A DNA stretch of 62,259 nucleotides from Microlunatus sp. Its GTDB lineage: Bacteria > Actinomycetota > Actinomycetes > Propionibacteriales > Propionibacteriaceae. The DNA lies in NCBI GenBank assembly GCA_030452945.1, contig JAKDLH010000001.1, forward strand, positions 1-62,259, written 5' to 3'. This document shows, piece by piece, positions 18,112 to 27,844 of this stretch (position 1 is the stretch's first letter; every line of letters begins with the position of its first letter). The notes under the pieces are model-generated. The model saw only the letters and a list, made by a program, of their open reading frames with translations. It had not been told where the DNA came from and made no database searches. Made by a program: the position numbers and the translations under genes.

Positions 18112-19179
18112 TCAACTGGGAAAGGTCATCAGCCGGACCTCGGTCAAGCTGATCAATGGCTTCGCGTCGGCCGGCGCCGGGTACGCCGAAGCGATTCCGA
18201 TCCGCACCTGAGTCACCGTCGTGCCGCTGTCGGCATCGAGCGACTCCACCGTCGCGGTCTGTTGCAGCGGGAACGGCTGGCACGCCCCACCGTCGAAGCT
18301 GATCCCGATCACCTTGGGCTGCGGCTGCCGGTCGCGCAGCGGGTTGGTCTGGTCCAGACCCGGGTTGACTCTGATCTGCCGCACCCTCGTCGCGGGAAAG
18401 GTGAGGACCAGAGTCCCCGTCCCCGGGGCGGCGCCGCACTCGGACTCTCCGGTCGGAGCCCACACCATGGTCCACTCCGCGACCGTGCCGTCGACCGCCG
18501 CTGCCGGATCCGATCCCGGCGCGGTCGCCGACGGGGGATCGACCTGGGCCTGCACGCCGGCCACGGGCACATAGTCTTTGGTCAGTCGGTACCAGCCGCT
18601 CTTGGCCAGGCTCACTGGGTCCCGGCGCAGCAGCGCGCCGAGCCCGACGCACAGGGCGAGCACCAGCACGGCGATGATCACCCGCCGCCAGCGGTAGAGC
18701 GGCGGCAATGACCGACGGTACTCTCGCCGTGCTTCGCGGTCCCGCGCAGCCATCGCCTGCGGCGTCCAGCCGCTCCAGTCGGCGTAGGGGTCGGTGTCGT
18801 CATCGGCGACGAAGCTGTAGCCGCAGTGCCCGCAGTACCGACGGGTTGCCGGGTTCACCGTGCCGCAGATCGGGCAGTCGAAATCAGCGTATTGCTGGTC
18901 GGCGTACTGCTGGTCGGCATAGTTGTGATCGCTGTGCGCCTGCTCAGGGTAGGTCTGCGTGCCGACCGTGGACTGCTCCGCCTCAGGCCGGAGCCGCTGA
19001 TCGGTCGGGGCCGAGATCGTCGGCCGGTCAACCGTCGATGCCTCCCGGCCGCTCGGCACCGTCGGTTCCGCGCTGGCATCTCCGTCCCAGGCCAGATAGC
19101 CGTTGCAGTTACGACAGAACTCGGTGCCCGGCGGATTCGGCTCGCCGCACGCTTCGCACACCAGGTCGATCGTGATCAC
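18112..19179 (-). CDS. CIS-associated double zinc-ribbon membrane protein with C-terminal beta-sandwich domain (start uncertain, up to 19206)
   Basis: CEAC...FCRNC and CPIC...YCGHC; TM VIIAVLVLALCVGLGALL; C-terminal ISLTEVRL. Confidence 0.75.
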   Translation of the reverse strand: MITIDLVCEACGEPNPPGTEFCRNCNGYLAWDGDASAEPTVPSGREASTVDRPTISAPTDQRLRPEAEQSTVGTQTYPEQAHSDHNYADQQYADQQYADFDCPICGTVNPATRRYCGHCGYSFVADDDTDPYADWSGWTPQAMAARDREARREYRRSLPPLYRWRRVIIAVLVLALCVGLGALLRRDPVSLAKSGWYRLTKDYVPVAGVQAQVDPPSATAPGSDPAAAVDGTVAEWTMVWAPTGESECGAAPGTGTLVLTFPATRVRQIRVNPGLDQTNPLRDRQPQPKVIGISFDGGACQPFPLQQTATVESLDADSGTTVTQVRIGIASAYPAPADAKPLISLTEVRLMTFPS

Positions 19180-19252
19180 CTCCGCAGTCGCCGCATGCCT
19201 CGCCAAGGTCCAGTGTTCGCGGTGATGACCGCGGGTGGCAAGAGGCGCACGC

Positions 19253-19873
19253 TCAGATCAGTCCCTCACGCATCGCGTACGCGACCGCGTGGGTGCGATT
19301 CTTCAGCTGCAGCCGGGTGGTCAGATCGTGCAACACGTTCTTCACCGTCCGTTCGCTGTAGCACATCCGGGAGGCGATCTCGCTGGTGTCGAGGCCGTCG
19401 GCGACCAGGCGCAGCACCTCGGCCTCTCGTGGGGTCAGACCGGTGAAGGTCAGCCCGCGAGGCGCCAGCACCTGCCGCTGGAGGCGTCCCACCTGCTCCA
19501 ACAGCCGCCCCAGCAGGTCAGCCGGCACCTCCCCGTCACCGGCGGCCACCTTCAGAATGGTGTGCACCAAGGTGTCCGCGCCGGCGTCGCACCGGCGCAA
19601 CAGGCCGGCCACCCCCGCCTCGGCGGCCCCGACCAAAGCCGCGTCGTCGATGACGGTGGCCACCAGCATCAACCGGGGATGGCCGTCCTTGCGCAGCGAC
19701 CGCAGCTCCCGCGTGGTCGCCTCGTCGACGGTGTCGGTGATCATCACCGCGACCGCGGACTGCGCTGGGGTCTCGACGATCCTGATCTCCGGTCGCATCC
19801 GGAGCTGGGCGACGACGCCGGCCTGGGAGATCGGGTCGCGTGCGTGGACGTAGCTGGCAACGGCGGTGGACAT
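19253..19873 (-). CDS. LuxR-family HTH regulator with atypical receiver-like N-terminus
   Basis: LTPREAEVLRLVADGLDTSEIASRMCYSERTVKN...RTHAVAYAMREGLI. Confidence 0.92.
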   Translation of the reverse strand: MSTAVASYVHARDPISQAGVVAQLRMRPEIRIVETPAQSAVAVMITDTVDEATTRELRSLRKDGHPRLMLVATVIDDAALVGAAEAGVAGLLRRCDAGADTLVHTILKVAAGDGEVPADLLGRLLEQVGRLQRQVLAPRGLTFTGLTPREAEVLRLVADGLDTSEIASRMCYSERTVKNVLHDLTTRLQLKNRTHAVAYAMREGLI

Positions 19874-19921
19874 GATTGGTGACTCCCTACAGTTGGTTCT
19901 CGACGGCGAGGGCATCGGGGA

Positions 19922-19948
19922 GGGAACTTCCCGTTGCCCTCCAGGGTC
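19922..19948. promoter_or_regulatory. CIS operator-like motif, copy 4 (upstream of LuxR gene)
   Basis: GGGAA CTTCCCGT TGCCC TCCA GGGTC; extra GGGCA at 19910-19914. Confidence 0.5.
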
Positions 19949-20026
19949 CACATCAGCCTCACGATCGGCTCAACGTGCGCTCATCGGTCGCTCAACGACG
20001 CCACGTTCGCCCTCTAGAGTGGGCCG

Positions 20027-23000
20027 GTGACCCGGATCGCCCTGCTCTCCACCTCCGACTCCGACCTGTTGTCCGCCCGCGCCAGTGGGGCCGACTACGG
20101 CTACGCCAATCCGGCCAAGGCGGACGTCGAGGAGTACCTGGGTCTGGCTCAGGCGGCGGAGCTGATCGTCTACCGGTTCCTGGGCTCGCCCCAGTCGCTT
20201 GATAGGGGCTTTGCCCGCCTCACCGAGCTCGGTCGTCCGCTGCTGGTGCTGGGCGGCGAGCAGACACCGGACGCCGCGTTGATGGAGCTCTCCACGGTGC
20301 CGATCGGTGTAGCGGCTCAAGCCCACGTGTATCTGGCTCAGGGCGGGGCGGAGAATCTGAGTCAGTTGCACGGCTTCCTGTCCGACACCGTGCTGCTGAC
20401 CGGAGTCGGCTTCGAGCCGCCCGCCGAGCAGCCGGTGTGGGGCGAGCTGGCGCGGCCGGCGTTGGCCGAGCGGGCCGACGGTGCGGTTCGGCCGCGGGTA
20501 GGGATCTTGTTCTACCGAGCCCAGCAGGCGGCCGGAAACACCGGCTACGTAGTCGCGTTGGCCGACGCGATCGACGCCGCGGGAGGAGTGGGCGTCCCGA
20601 TCTTCGCCAGCTCGCTTCGCGACGCGCCCACCGATCTGATCACCCATCTCGGCACCGTCGACGCGCTGGTGACCACGGTGCTGGCCGCCGGTGGCACTAG
20701 GCCGGCCACCGCCTCCGCCGGTGAGGAGGACGAGGGCTGGGACGTCCGGGCCCTGGCCGCCCTGGACATCCCCATGCTGCAGGGACTGTGCCTGACCAGC
20801 GACCGCGCTTGGTGGGCCGGCGCGGACGAGGGAATGTCACCGCTGGACGTGGCCACCCAAGTGGCGGTGCCGGAGTTCGACGGCCGGATCATCACCGTGC
20901 CGTTCTCGTTCAAGGAGGTCGACGCCGACGGGCTGCCGCACTACGTCGCCGATGCCGAGCGCTGCCGCCGGGTGGCCGAGATCGCGGTCAACCACGCGCG
21001 GCTGCGGCACCTGAGGCCCGGTGACCGCAGGATCGCGATCATGCTGTCGGCCTACCCGACCAAGCACTCCCGGATCGGCAACGCCGTCGGCTTGGACACC
21101 CCGGTGTCGCTGATCCGGCTGCTGCGGGCGATGCGCGAGCAGGGGTACGACCTCGGCGAGCCGGGGGAGATACCGGGCACGGGCGAACTGCCTGAGGTGG
21201 AGGGAGAGGAGCCCGACACCACGGCCGGCAACACGCTCATCCACGCCCTGATCGATGCCGGCGGTCAGGACCCGGAGTGGCTGACGTCGGATCAGTTGTC
21301 CGGTCAGCCCATCCGCATCCCGGCGGCCACGTACCGCCGGTGGCTCTGCGATCTGCCGGACGATCTGGTGGACAGCGTCACGCGGACGTGGGGCGAGGCG
21401 CCCGGTGAGTTGTTCGTGGACCGGAGCCGCGACGCGGGCGGGGAAATCGTCGCGGCCGCGCTGCGGGCGGGCAACGTGGTGATCATCGTGCAGCCGCCGC
21501 GGGGTTTCGGCGAGAACCCGATCGCGATCTACCACGATCCGGACCTGGCACCCACCCACCATTATCTGGCCACCTATCGTTGGGTGGCCGAGGAGTTCGG
21601 CGCGCACGCGGTGGTGCACGTGGGCAAGCACGGCAACCTGGAGTGGCTGCCGGGCAAGAACCTGGGCATGTCCGCCTCCTGCGGCACCGACGCGGCGATC
21701 GGCTCACTGCCGCTGATCTATCCGTTCCTGGTCAACGATCCCGGCGAGGGCACCCAGGCCAAGCGGCGGGCGCACGCCACCATCATCGATCACCTAGTGC
21801 CGCCGATGGCCCGGGCGGAGAGTTACGGCGACATCGCCCGGTTGGAGCAGCTGCTCGACGAGTACGGGAACGTGGCGGCCATGGACCCGGCCAAGGTGCC
21901 GGCCCTGCGAGGGGAGATCTGGACGCTGATCCAGTCCGCCCAGCTGCATCTGGACCTGGGTCTGGATGAGCGCCCCGGTGACGACGAGTTCGACCAGTTC
22001 GTGATGCACGTCGACGGCTGGCTGTGCGAGATCAAAGACGTACAGATCCGCGACGGGCTGCACGTGCTCGGCCAGGCGCCGGTCGGTGACGACCTGGTCA
22101 ACCTAGTCCTGGCCATCCTGCGCGCCGGCCAGGTCTTCGGCGGTCAGGTCAACGGCGTGCCCGGGCTCCGGGTCGCGCTGGGTTTGCGCTCCGAGGAGCG
22201 CACCGAGACAGATGCCGTCGAGCAGGTGGCCCGGGCACTGGTCGAGGCCGTCGCCGGCACCGGCTGGCGGACGGAGTCGGTCGACGACATGATCATGACG
22301 GTGCTCGGCACTCTCAATCCGGCGGTGGCGGCGTCGCTGCGGTTCGCCTGCACCGAGGTAGTCCCCCGGCTGCGCCGGACCAGCGGCGAGATCGACGCGG
22401 TGCTGCACGCCCTGGACGGGGGCTATATTCCGGCCGGGCCCTCCGGATCGCCGTTGCGCGGCCTGGTCAACGTGCTGCCCACCGGCCGCAACTTCTACTC
22501 CGTCGACCCCAAGGCGATCCCGTCCCGGCTGGCCTACCAGACCGGTCAGGCGATGGCGGAGTCCCTGCTGCAGCGTTACTTGGACGAGACGGGCGCCTAC
22601 CCGAAGTCGGTGGGCCTGTCGGTGTGGGGGACCTCGGCCATGCGCACCTCCGGCGACGACATCGCCGAGGTGCTGGCCCTGTTGGGTGTGCTGCCGACCT
22701 GGGACGAGATGTCCCGCCGGGTGGTGGACCTGGAGATCGTGCCGCTGGCCGAGCTGGCGCGGCCCCGGATCGACGTCACCGTACGGATCTCCGGCTTCTT
22801 CCGGGACGCCTTCCCGCACGTGGTGGCGATGCTGGACGACGCGGTCCGGCTGGTCGCTGCCCTGGACGAGCCCGAGGAGGACAACTACGTCCGGGCCCAC
22901 ACCCGGGCCGACCTGGCCGCCCACGGTGATCATCGTCGGGCCACCACCCGGGTGTTCGGATCCAAGCCCGGCTCGTACGGGGCCGGCATCCTGCCGCTGG

Positions 23001-23668
23001 TGGAGTCGGGCAACTGGCGCGATGACAGTGACATCGCCGAGGTCTACACCGCGTGGGGCGGCTTCGCGTACGGGCGCGATCTGGACGGCGTGCCGGCCCG
23101 GGAGGATCTGCAGGCCAACTACCGCCGGATCAGTGTGGCGGCCAAGAACGTCGACACCCGCGAGCACGACATCGCCGACTCCGACGACTACTTCCAGTAT
23201 CACGGCGGCATGATCGCCACGGTCCGGGCGCTGACCGGAGCCGAACCGAAAGCGTACGTCGGCGACTCCACCACTCCGGAGTCGGTTCGCACCCGGACGT
23301 TGAGCGAGGAGACCGCTCGGGTCTTCCGGGCCCGAGTGGTGAACCCGCGCTGGATCGCGGCCATGCAGCGGCACGGCTACAAGGGGGCGTTCGAGCTGGC
23401 GGCCACGGTCGACTACCTGTTCGGTTTCGACGCCACCGCCGGGGTGGTGCAGGACTGGATGTATGAGCAGCTGGCCAACTCCTACGTGCTGGACAAGGAG
23501 AACCAGGATTTCCTGCGGCACGCCAATCCGTGGGCGCTGACCGGGATCGTGGAGAAGCTCAGCGAGGCCGCTGATCGCGGACTGTGGGCCGAACCCGACC
23601 CGGAGACCATGACGGCGTTGCGGCAGGTCTATCTGGACGTCGAGGGCGACCTGGAGGACCGGGCGTGA
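20027..23668 (+). CDS. cobN: Cobaltochelatase subunit CobN
   Basis: 1213 aa; HVGKHGNLEWLPGK, LPTGRNFYS, WGTSAMRT, HGYKGAFE. Confidence 0.97.
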   Translation: MTRIALLSTSDSDLLSARASGADYGYANPAKADVEEYLGLAQAAELIVYRFLGSPQSLDRGFARLTELGRPLLVLGGEQTPDAALMELSTVPIGVAAQAHVYLAQGGAENLSQLHGFLSDTVLLTGVGFEPPAEQPVWGELARPALAERADGAVRPRVGILFYRAQQAAGNTGYVVALADAIDAAGGVGVPIFASSLRDAPTDLITHLGTVDALVTTVLAAGGTRPATASAGEEDEGWDVRALAALDIPMLQGLCLTSDRAWWAGADEGMSPLDVATQVAVPEFDGRIITVPFSFKEVDADGLPHYVADAERCRRVAEIAVNHARLRHLRPGDRRIAIMLSAYPTKHSRIGNAVGLDTPVSLIRLLRAMREQGYDLGEPGEIPGTGELPEVEGEEPDTTAGNTLIHALIDAGGQDPEWLTSDQLSGQPIRIPAATYRRWLCDLPDDLVDSVTRTWGEAPGELFVDRSRDAGGEIVAAALRAGNVVIIVQPPRGFGENPIAIYHDPDLAPTHHYLATYRWVAEEFGAHAVVHVGKHGNLEWLPGKNLGMSASCGTDAAIGSLPLIYPFLVNDPGEGTQAKRRAHATIIDHLVPPMARAESYGDIARLEQLLDEYGNVAAMDPAKVPALRGEIWTLIQSAQLHLDLGLDERPGDDEFDQFVMHVDGWLCEIKDVQIRDGLHVLGQAPVGDDLVNLVLAILRAGQVFGGQVNGVPGLRVALGLRSEERTETDAVEQVARALVEAVAGTGWRTESVDDMIMTVLGTLNPAVAASLRFACTEVVPRLRRTSGEIDAVLHALDGGYIPAGPSGSPLRGLVNVLPTGRNFYSVDPKAIPSRLAYQTGQAMAESLLQRYLDETGAYPKSVGLSVWGTSAMRTSGDDIAEVLALLGVLPTWDEMSRRVVDLEIVPLAELARPRIDVTVRISGFFRDAFPHVVAMLDDAVRLVAALDEPEEDNYVRAHTRADLAAHGDHRRATTRVFGSKPGSYGAGILPLVESGNWRDDSDIAEVYTAWGGFAYGRDLDGVPAREDLQANYRRISVAAKNVDTREHDIADSDDYFQYHGGMIATVRALTGAEPKAYVGDSTTPESVRTRTLSEETARVFRARVVNPRWIAAMQRHGYKGAFELAATVDYLFGFDATAGVVQDWMYEQLANSYVLDKENQDFLRHANPWALTGIVEKLSEAADRGLWAEPDPETMTALRQVYLDVEGDLEDRA

Positions 23669-24093
23669 GCCTTGATCTGGCTACGCTGTCGGCCGACGTG
23701 ATCGCGTTTCTGGCCGAGCGGCACCTGGCCACCTTGACCACCCTGCGCGCCGACGGGAGCCCGCACGTGGTTCCGGTCGGGTTCAGCTACGACCCGGCGA
23801 CCCAGACCGCCTGGGTGATCACCAGCGGCGACTCGGTCAAGGCCCGCAACGCCGGCCGTGCCGGGGCGGTGGCGGCGCTCTGCCAGGTCGAGCGTGCCCG
23901 CTGGCTGACCTTGAGTGGGCCGGTGCGGGTGGACCGCGACCCGGCGGTGGTGGCCGAGGCTGAGCAGCGGTACGCGGCTCGCTATCGGCAGCCGCGCATC
24001 AACCCGAAGCGGGTGGCGTTGATCGTGGCTGTGAACCGGATGCTGGGCTCGAGCCGACTCTCCTCCTCCCCGACTTCTGTCGTGCTCACCTGA
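23665..24093 (+). CDS. PPOX-class (split beta-barrel) putative F420-dependent oxidoreductase
   Basis: LATLTTLRADGSPHVVPVGF, SVKARN; GTGA overlap with cobN. Confidence 0.85.
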   Translation: MSLDLATLSADVIAFLAERHLATLTTLRADGSPHVVPVGFSYDPATQTAWVITSGDSVKARNAGRAGAVAALCQVERARWLTLSGPVRVDRDPAVVAEAEQRYAARYRQPRINPKRVALIVAVNRMLGSSRLSSSPTSVVLT

Positions 24094-24098
24094 CATAG

Positions 24099-25253
24099 TC
24101 ATGCCGGCGCGATCGAAGTCGTCATCAACCTGTCCCGCTGCTTGACCACCTCCAACAGTGCCACCAGGGTAATCATCAGCAGTGCCGCGATCACCAGAGT
24201 GAACGGCAGCAAGGCGCTCAGCCCGATCGCGACCGCCAGGCCCACCACCCCGACGTTCGCTCCGGTGGGCAGATTCCTGCGGAGCGACAGGGCCCAGATG
24301 CCCAGCACGAACAGCGCCACCGGCACGGTGGTGGTGGCCGCGGCGACCACGCCGCTCAACTCCGTAGCGTGGGTGTCGTAGTCGATCGCTACCTCGACGC
24401 CCGCGGAGAAGGCCCCGGCCGCCGCGAAAATGACGTAGTGGCCGTAGCCGAAGATCAAAGTGCTGCGCAGGTCCGCGATCTGGCTGTGCATCGGTCGCCA
24501 GAAGTAGGTCCACCACATGCCGGCGGCCAGGATCAGTCCACAGGCCGAGAGCAGCAGCAGCGGCGGCAACTGCTCGCTGTGCGCGATGGCGTCGATGATC
24601 GCGTTCGTCGAGGCGAGGATGGTCTCCCCCAACAGGATCAGGGTGAACAAGCCGTACCGCTCGGTGATGTGATGCCGGTGCCAGGGCGTGCTGTGGCGCC
24701 GCTCGGCCAGGATCGGGATCGACACCTCGGCGACGATTAAAACAAGGACGCTGATCAGTCCGAGGGACTCGGGCAACCGCAGCTGAAGCACCCAGAGGAT
24801 CTGGAGCGCGGTGATCCCGACGGCGTAGCGGAGGGCGGTCGAACGCAGTTCCGGTGCCGACTTGGCGGCCCGGAGCCACTGCGCGACCATGGCCAGCCGC
24901 ATGACGACGTAGCCGAGGATGACCACCGTGAAGTCGCCCTCGAGCATGGCCGGGGCCGCTCCCGCCGCCATCACCAGGGCCCCGGCCATCTGGATGATGG
25001 TGGTGACTCGGTAGAGCCAGTCGTCGGTGTCGAAGCTGGTCGCGAACCAGGTGAAGTTCATCCACGCCCACCAAACGGCGAACATCACCAACAAGTACGC
25101 GCCGACTCCTGCGACGATGTGCTCCTCGGCCTCCAGGTGATGCAGGTTCGCCGAGGCCACCGAGACCGCGACCACGAAGACGAGGTCGAAGAACAGCTCC
25201 AACGAGCCGGCGGTGCGATGGGATTCTTCTGGATCGCGCGGTGTCATCCGCAC
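24099..25253 (-). CDS. Low temperature requirement protein A (LtrA) family membrane protein
   Basis: LELFFDLVFVVA, HITERYGLFTLILLGE. Confidence 0.9.
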   Translation of the reverse strand: MRMTPRDPEESHRTAGSLELFFDLVFVVAVSVASANLHHLEAEEHIVAGVGAYLLVMFAVWWAWMNFTWFATSFDTDDWLYRVTTIIQMAGALVMAAGAAPAMLEGDFTVVILGYVVMRLAMVAQWLRAAKSAPELRSTALRYAVGITALQILWVLQLRLPESLGLISVLVLIVAEVSIPILAERRHSTPWHRHHITERYGLFTLILLGETILASTNAIIDAIAHSEQLPPLLLLSACGLILAAGMWWTYFWRPMHSQIADLRSTLIFGYGHYVIFAAAGAFSAGVEVAIDYDTHATELSGVVAAATTTVPVALFVLGIWALSLRRNLPTGANVGVVGLAVAIGLSALLPFTLVIAALLMITLVALLEVVKQRDRLMTTSIAPA

Positions 25254-25311
25254 GAGTCCAAGCCGACTACTGAGGGTGTGGGTGCTCTCGCTCCCAAATT
25301 CTTGGCTCGTG

Positions 25312-26106
25312 CTACTGCTCCGGTTCCACGTGGGTGGGGTCGAGGACGCGCTGCAAGAAAGTCCGGGTCCGCTCGTGCTGGGGCTCCGCGATCACCTGTT
25401 CGGGCGGTCCCTGCTCGACCACGAAGCCACCGTCCATGAACAGCACTCGGTCGGCGACCTCTCGGGCGAAGGCCATCTCGTGGGTGACCACCATCATCGT
25501 CATCCCCTCGTTGGCCAGTCGGCGCATCACCGCCAAAACGTCTCCGACCAGTTCCGGATCAAGAGCTGAAGTCGGCTCGTCGAACAGCATCAGGTCGGGA
25601 TCCATCGACAAGGCCCGCGCGATGGCGACCCGCTGCTGCTGACCGCCGGACAGCTGGGCGGGATAGGCCTTCTCCCGCCCTTCGAGACCCACCCGCGCCA
25701 AGGTGTCTTCGGCTTTAGCCCGGGCCTCGGCCGCGCTCCGTTTGAGGACGGTCCGTTGTGCGATCGTGCAGTTGTCCAGGACAGTCAGGTGGGAGAACAG
25801 GTTGAATTGCTGAAACACCATGCCGACCCGACTCCGCACCCGGTCGATGTCGCAGTCCGGATCGGTGACGTCTTCGCCCTCAATAAGGACCTTCCCGTCG
25901 GTCGGCTGCTCGAGCATGTTGACGCACCGCAGCAACGTGGACTTGCCCGAGCCGGAGGGACCGATGACGCAGACGACCTCACCCTTGCTGATGGTGGTCG
26001 AGATGTCCTTGAGCACCTCCACCTCGTCGAAGGACTTCTTCAGGTTGTTTACCTCGACGACCACGCTCGGGACCGGGCTGGAGTCCCAGCTCTGCGACTC
26101 ATTCAT
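25312..26106 (-). CDS. Polar amino acid ABC transporter ATP-binding protein
   Basis: [35 protein letters not shown]. Confidence 0.95.
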   Translation of the reverse strand: MNESQSWDSSPVPSVVVEVNNLKKSFDEVEVLKDISTTISKGEVVCVIGPSGSGKSTLLRCVNMLEQPTDGKVLIEGEDVTDPDCDIDRVRSRVGMVFQQFNLFSHLTVLDNCTIAQRTVLKRSAAEARAKAEDTLARVGLEGREKAYPAQLSGGQQQRVAIARALSMDPDLMLFDEPTSALDPELVGDVLAVMRRLANEGMTMMVVTHEMAFAREVADRVLFMDGGFVVEQGPPEQVIAEPQHERTRTFLQRVLDPTHVEPEQ

Positions 26107-26936
26107 CGCGCCCTCTGCGCCCGTGACTCCATCCTCCGGACGAGGAAGGAGAGTGGCAGAGTGATCACCAAGTAACAGAGTCCGGCGATGACCAGGGGGG
26201 TGAGATTCGCGTTGGTCTGCGCCAGGTCGCGACCGTACTTGGTCAGGTCGTAACCCCCCGCGGACAGGCCGATGATGTAGACCAGGGAGGAGTCCTTGAC
26301 CAGCAAGATGAGTTCGTTGGTCAGCGGCGGGGTGATGATGCGGAAAGCTTGCGGGAGCACGATCTTCCGGTTCGCGATACCCGGCGGCATGCCCAGTGAC
26401 CGGGCCGCCTCCACCTGTCCTTTGGGCACCGCCTGGATTCCGGCGCGGATGGTCTCGGCCATGTAGGCCGCGGCCACGATCCCGAGCGCGAGCCACACCA
26501 CCCCGTACGTGCCGAACGGAATCTCCAGGCCCGGAAAAGCCAGCGGCAACAAGCCGAAACCGAGCAGGACGACGATGGCCGGGAGACCCCGGAACAGCTC
26601 GATGTAGATGCCGGCCAACCACCGGTAGGGGGCGACTTGGGACAGGCGCATCAGGGCCAGCACCGTGCCCGCCGTCAACCCGAGGACGAAGGCGCCCGCC
26701 GTGTAGTAGATCGTGTTCAGCAGGGCGTGTCCCAAGCCCTGGGTGAGCGTGTCGATGACCAGGTCGCCGCGGAAGAAGACCTTGAGGATCTGGCGCGGAT
26801 CCGACACCGAGATGAGCACGATCAGCACGATGATGAGAAAGGCGTACTGGGCCCAGCGAGCCCGCTGGGCCCGTTTACGCGGTGACATGCGGCGACGGGG
26901 TGCCTCGGTCGTCGACGAGGTGGTCGCGGTGCTCAT
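26103..26936 (-). CDS. Polar amino acid ABC transporter permease
   Basis: [35 protein letters not shown]. Confidence 0.93.
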   Translation of the reverse strand: MSTATTSSTTEAPRRRMSPRKRAQRARWAQYAFLIIVLIVLISVSDPRQILKVFFRGDLVIDTLTQGLGHALLNTIYYTAGAFVLGLTAGTVLALMRLSQVAPYRWLAGIYIELFRGLPAIVVLLGFGLLPLAFPGLEIPFGTYGVVWLALGIVAAAYMAETIRAGIQAVPKGQVEAARSLGMPPGIANRKIVLPQAFRIITPPLTNELILLVKDSSLVYIIGLSAGGYDLTKYGRDLAQTNANLTPLVIAGLCYLVITLPLSFLVRRMESRAQRAR

Positions 26937-26943
26937 CGCGGCT

Positions 26944-27798
26944 CTAGCCGGCCGGTGTCGGCAGGACCTCCGGCTTGGCGCCGAACCACTTCTCGTAGAT
27001 CGTGGCGTAGGTGCCGTCCTTGATGGCCGCACTCAACTGCTCGTTGAAGACATCCATCAGCTTGGTGGCGTTCTCGTCGTCCTTTTGTCCGATAAAACCG
27101 TACTGCTCCCCGGTCTCGAACTCCTTGGCCACCGCTAGATCAGGGTTGTCCTTGACGAAGTCCAACAGGGGGCCGTTGTCGTTGATGATGGCGTCGACTC
27201 GGCCCGACTGCAGACCGGTGAGCTCGGTTGGCAGGTCGTCGAAGACGATGATCTGGTAGCCGTTGTCAGCCTTGTTCTTCTCCGCGTAGGCCTGCCCGGT
27301 GGTATCGGTCTGTACCCCCAGCTTCTTGTCTCGGAGTCCGGACAAATCCGTGATCCCGGAGTCCTTCTTGGTGAGCAAGGCCTGGGTGGCGGCGAAGTAG
27401 TTGTCGGAGAAGTTCACGGACTGCTTGCGCTTGTCGGTGATGGTGATGGCGCCCATGCCGATGTCACACTTCTTGGCCGCGAACACCGCGCCGGACGTCA
27501 TCGAGGCGAAGTCGATGTCGACGATCTTGGTTTCGACACCGAGCTTCTTGGCCGTTAGATCGGCCAGGTCGACATCGAAACCGACCACGTTGCCGCTGTC
27601 GTCTTTGAACTCGAACGGCTTGTACGACAGGTGCGTGCAGACCGTCAGGGCGCTGGGATCGACCAGCTGGACACCCCCCGTCGCGGTCGCCGGAGCCGCG
27701 TCGCCGGAATCCGATCCGGAGCTGCATGCCGGCAAGGCGAGAAGGGCACCCGCCGCGACCAGCCCGATCACTCCCCGAGTGTTCAAGCGGAACTTCAT
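26944..27798 (-). CDS. Amino acid ABC transporter substrate-binding lipoprotein
   Basis: Lipobox LPAC; YKPFEF, GFDVDL, ITITDKRK. Confidence 0.92.
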   Translation of the reverse strand: MKFRLNTRGVIGLVAAGALLALPACSSGSDSGDAAPATATGGVQLVDPSALTVCTHLSYKPFEFKDDSGNVVGFDVDLADLTAKKLGVETKIVDIDFASMTSGAVFAAKKCDIGMGAITITDKRKQSVNFSDNYFAATQALLTKKDSGITDLSGLRDKKLGVQTDTTGQAYAEKNKADNGYQIIVFDDLPTELTGLQSGRVDAIINDNGPLLDFVKDNPDLAVAKEFETGEQYGFIGQKDDENATKLMDVFNEQLSAAIKDGTYATIYEKWFGAKPEVLPTPAG

Positions 27799-27844
27799 CA
27801 CAAAGCCTCCCGATCGACAGGCCAGTGACTCTAGCAACGAACTC

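Noticed and set aside
19218-19233. Hairpin CGCGGT-GATG-ACCGCG as a terminator
   Set aside because: Only a 6-bp stem with no U-tract; expected by chance at this GC content.
19949-20026. Cobalamin riboswitch upstream of cobN
   Set aside because: The gap is too short and no B12-box is recognisable.
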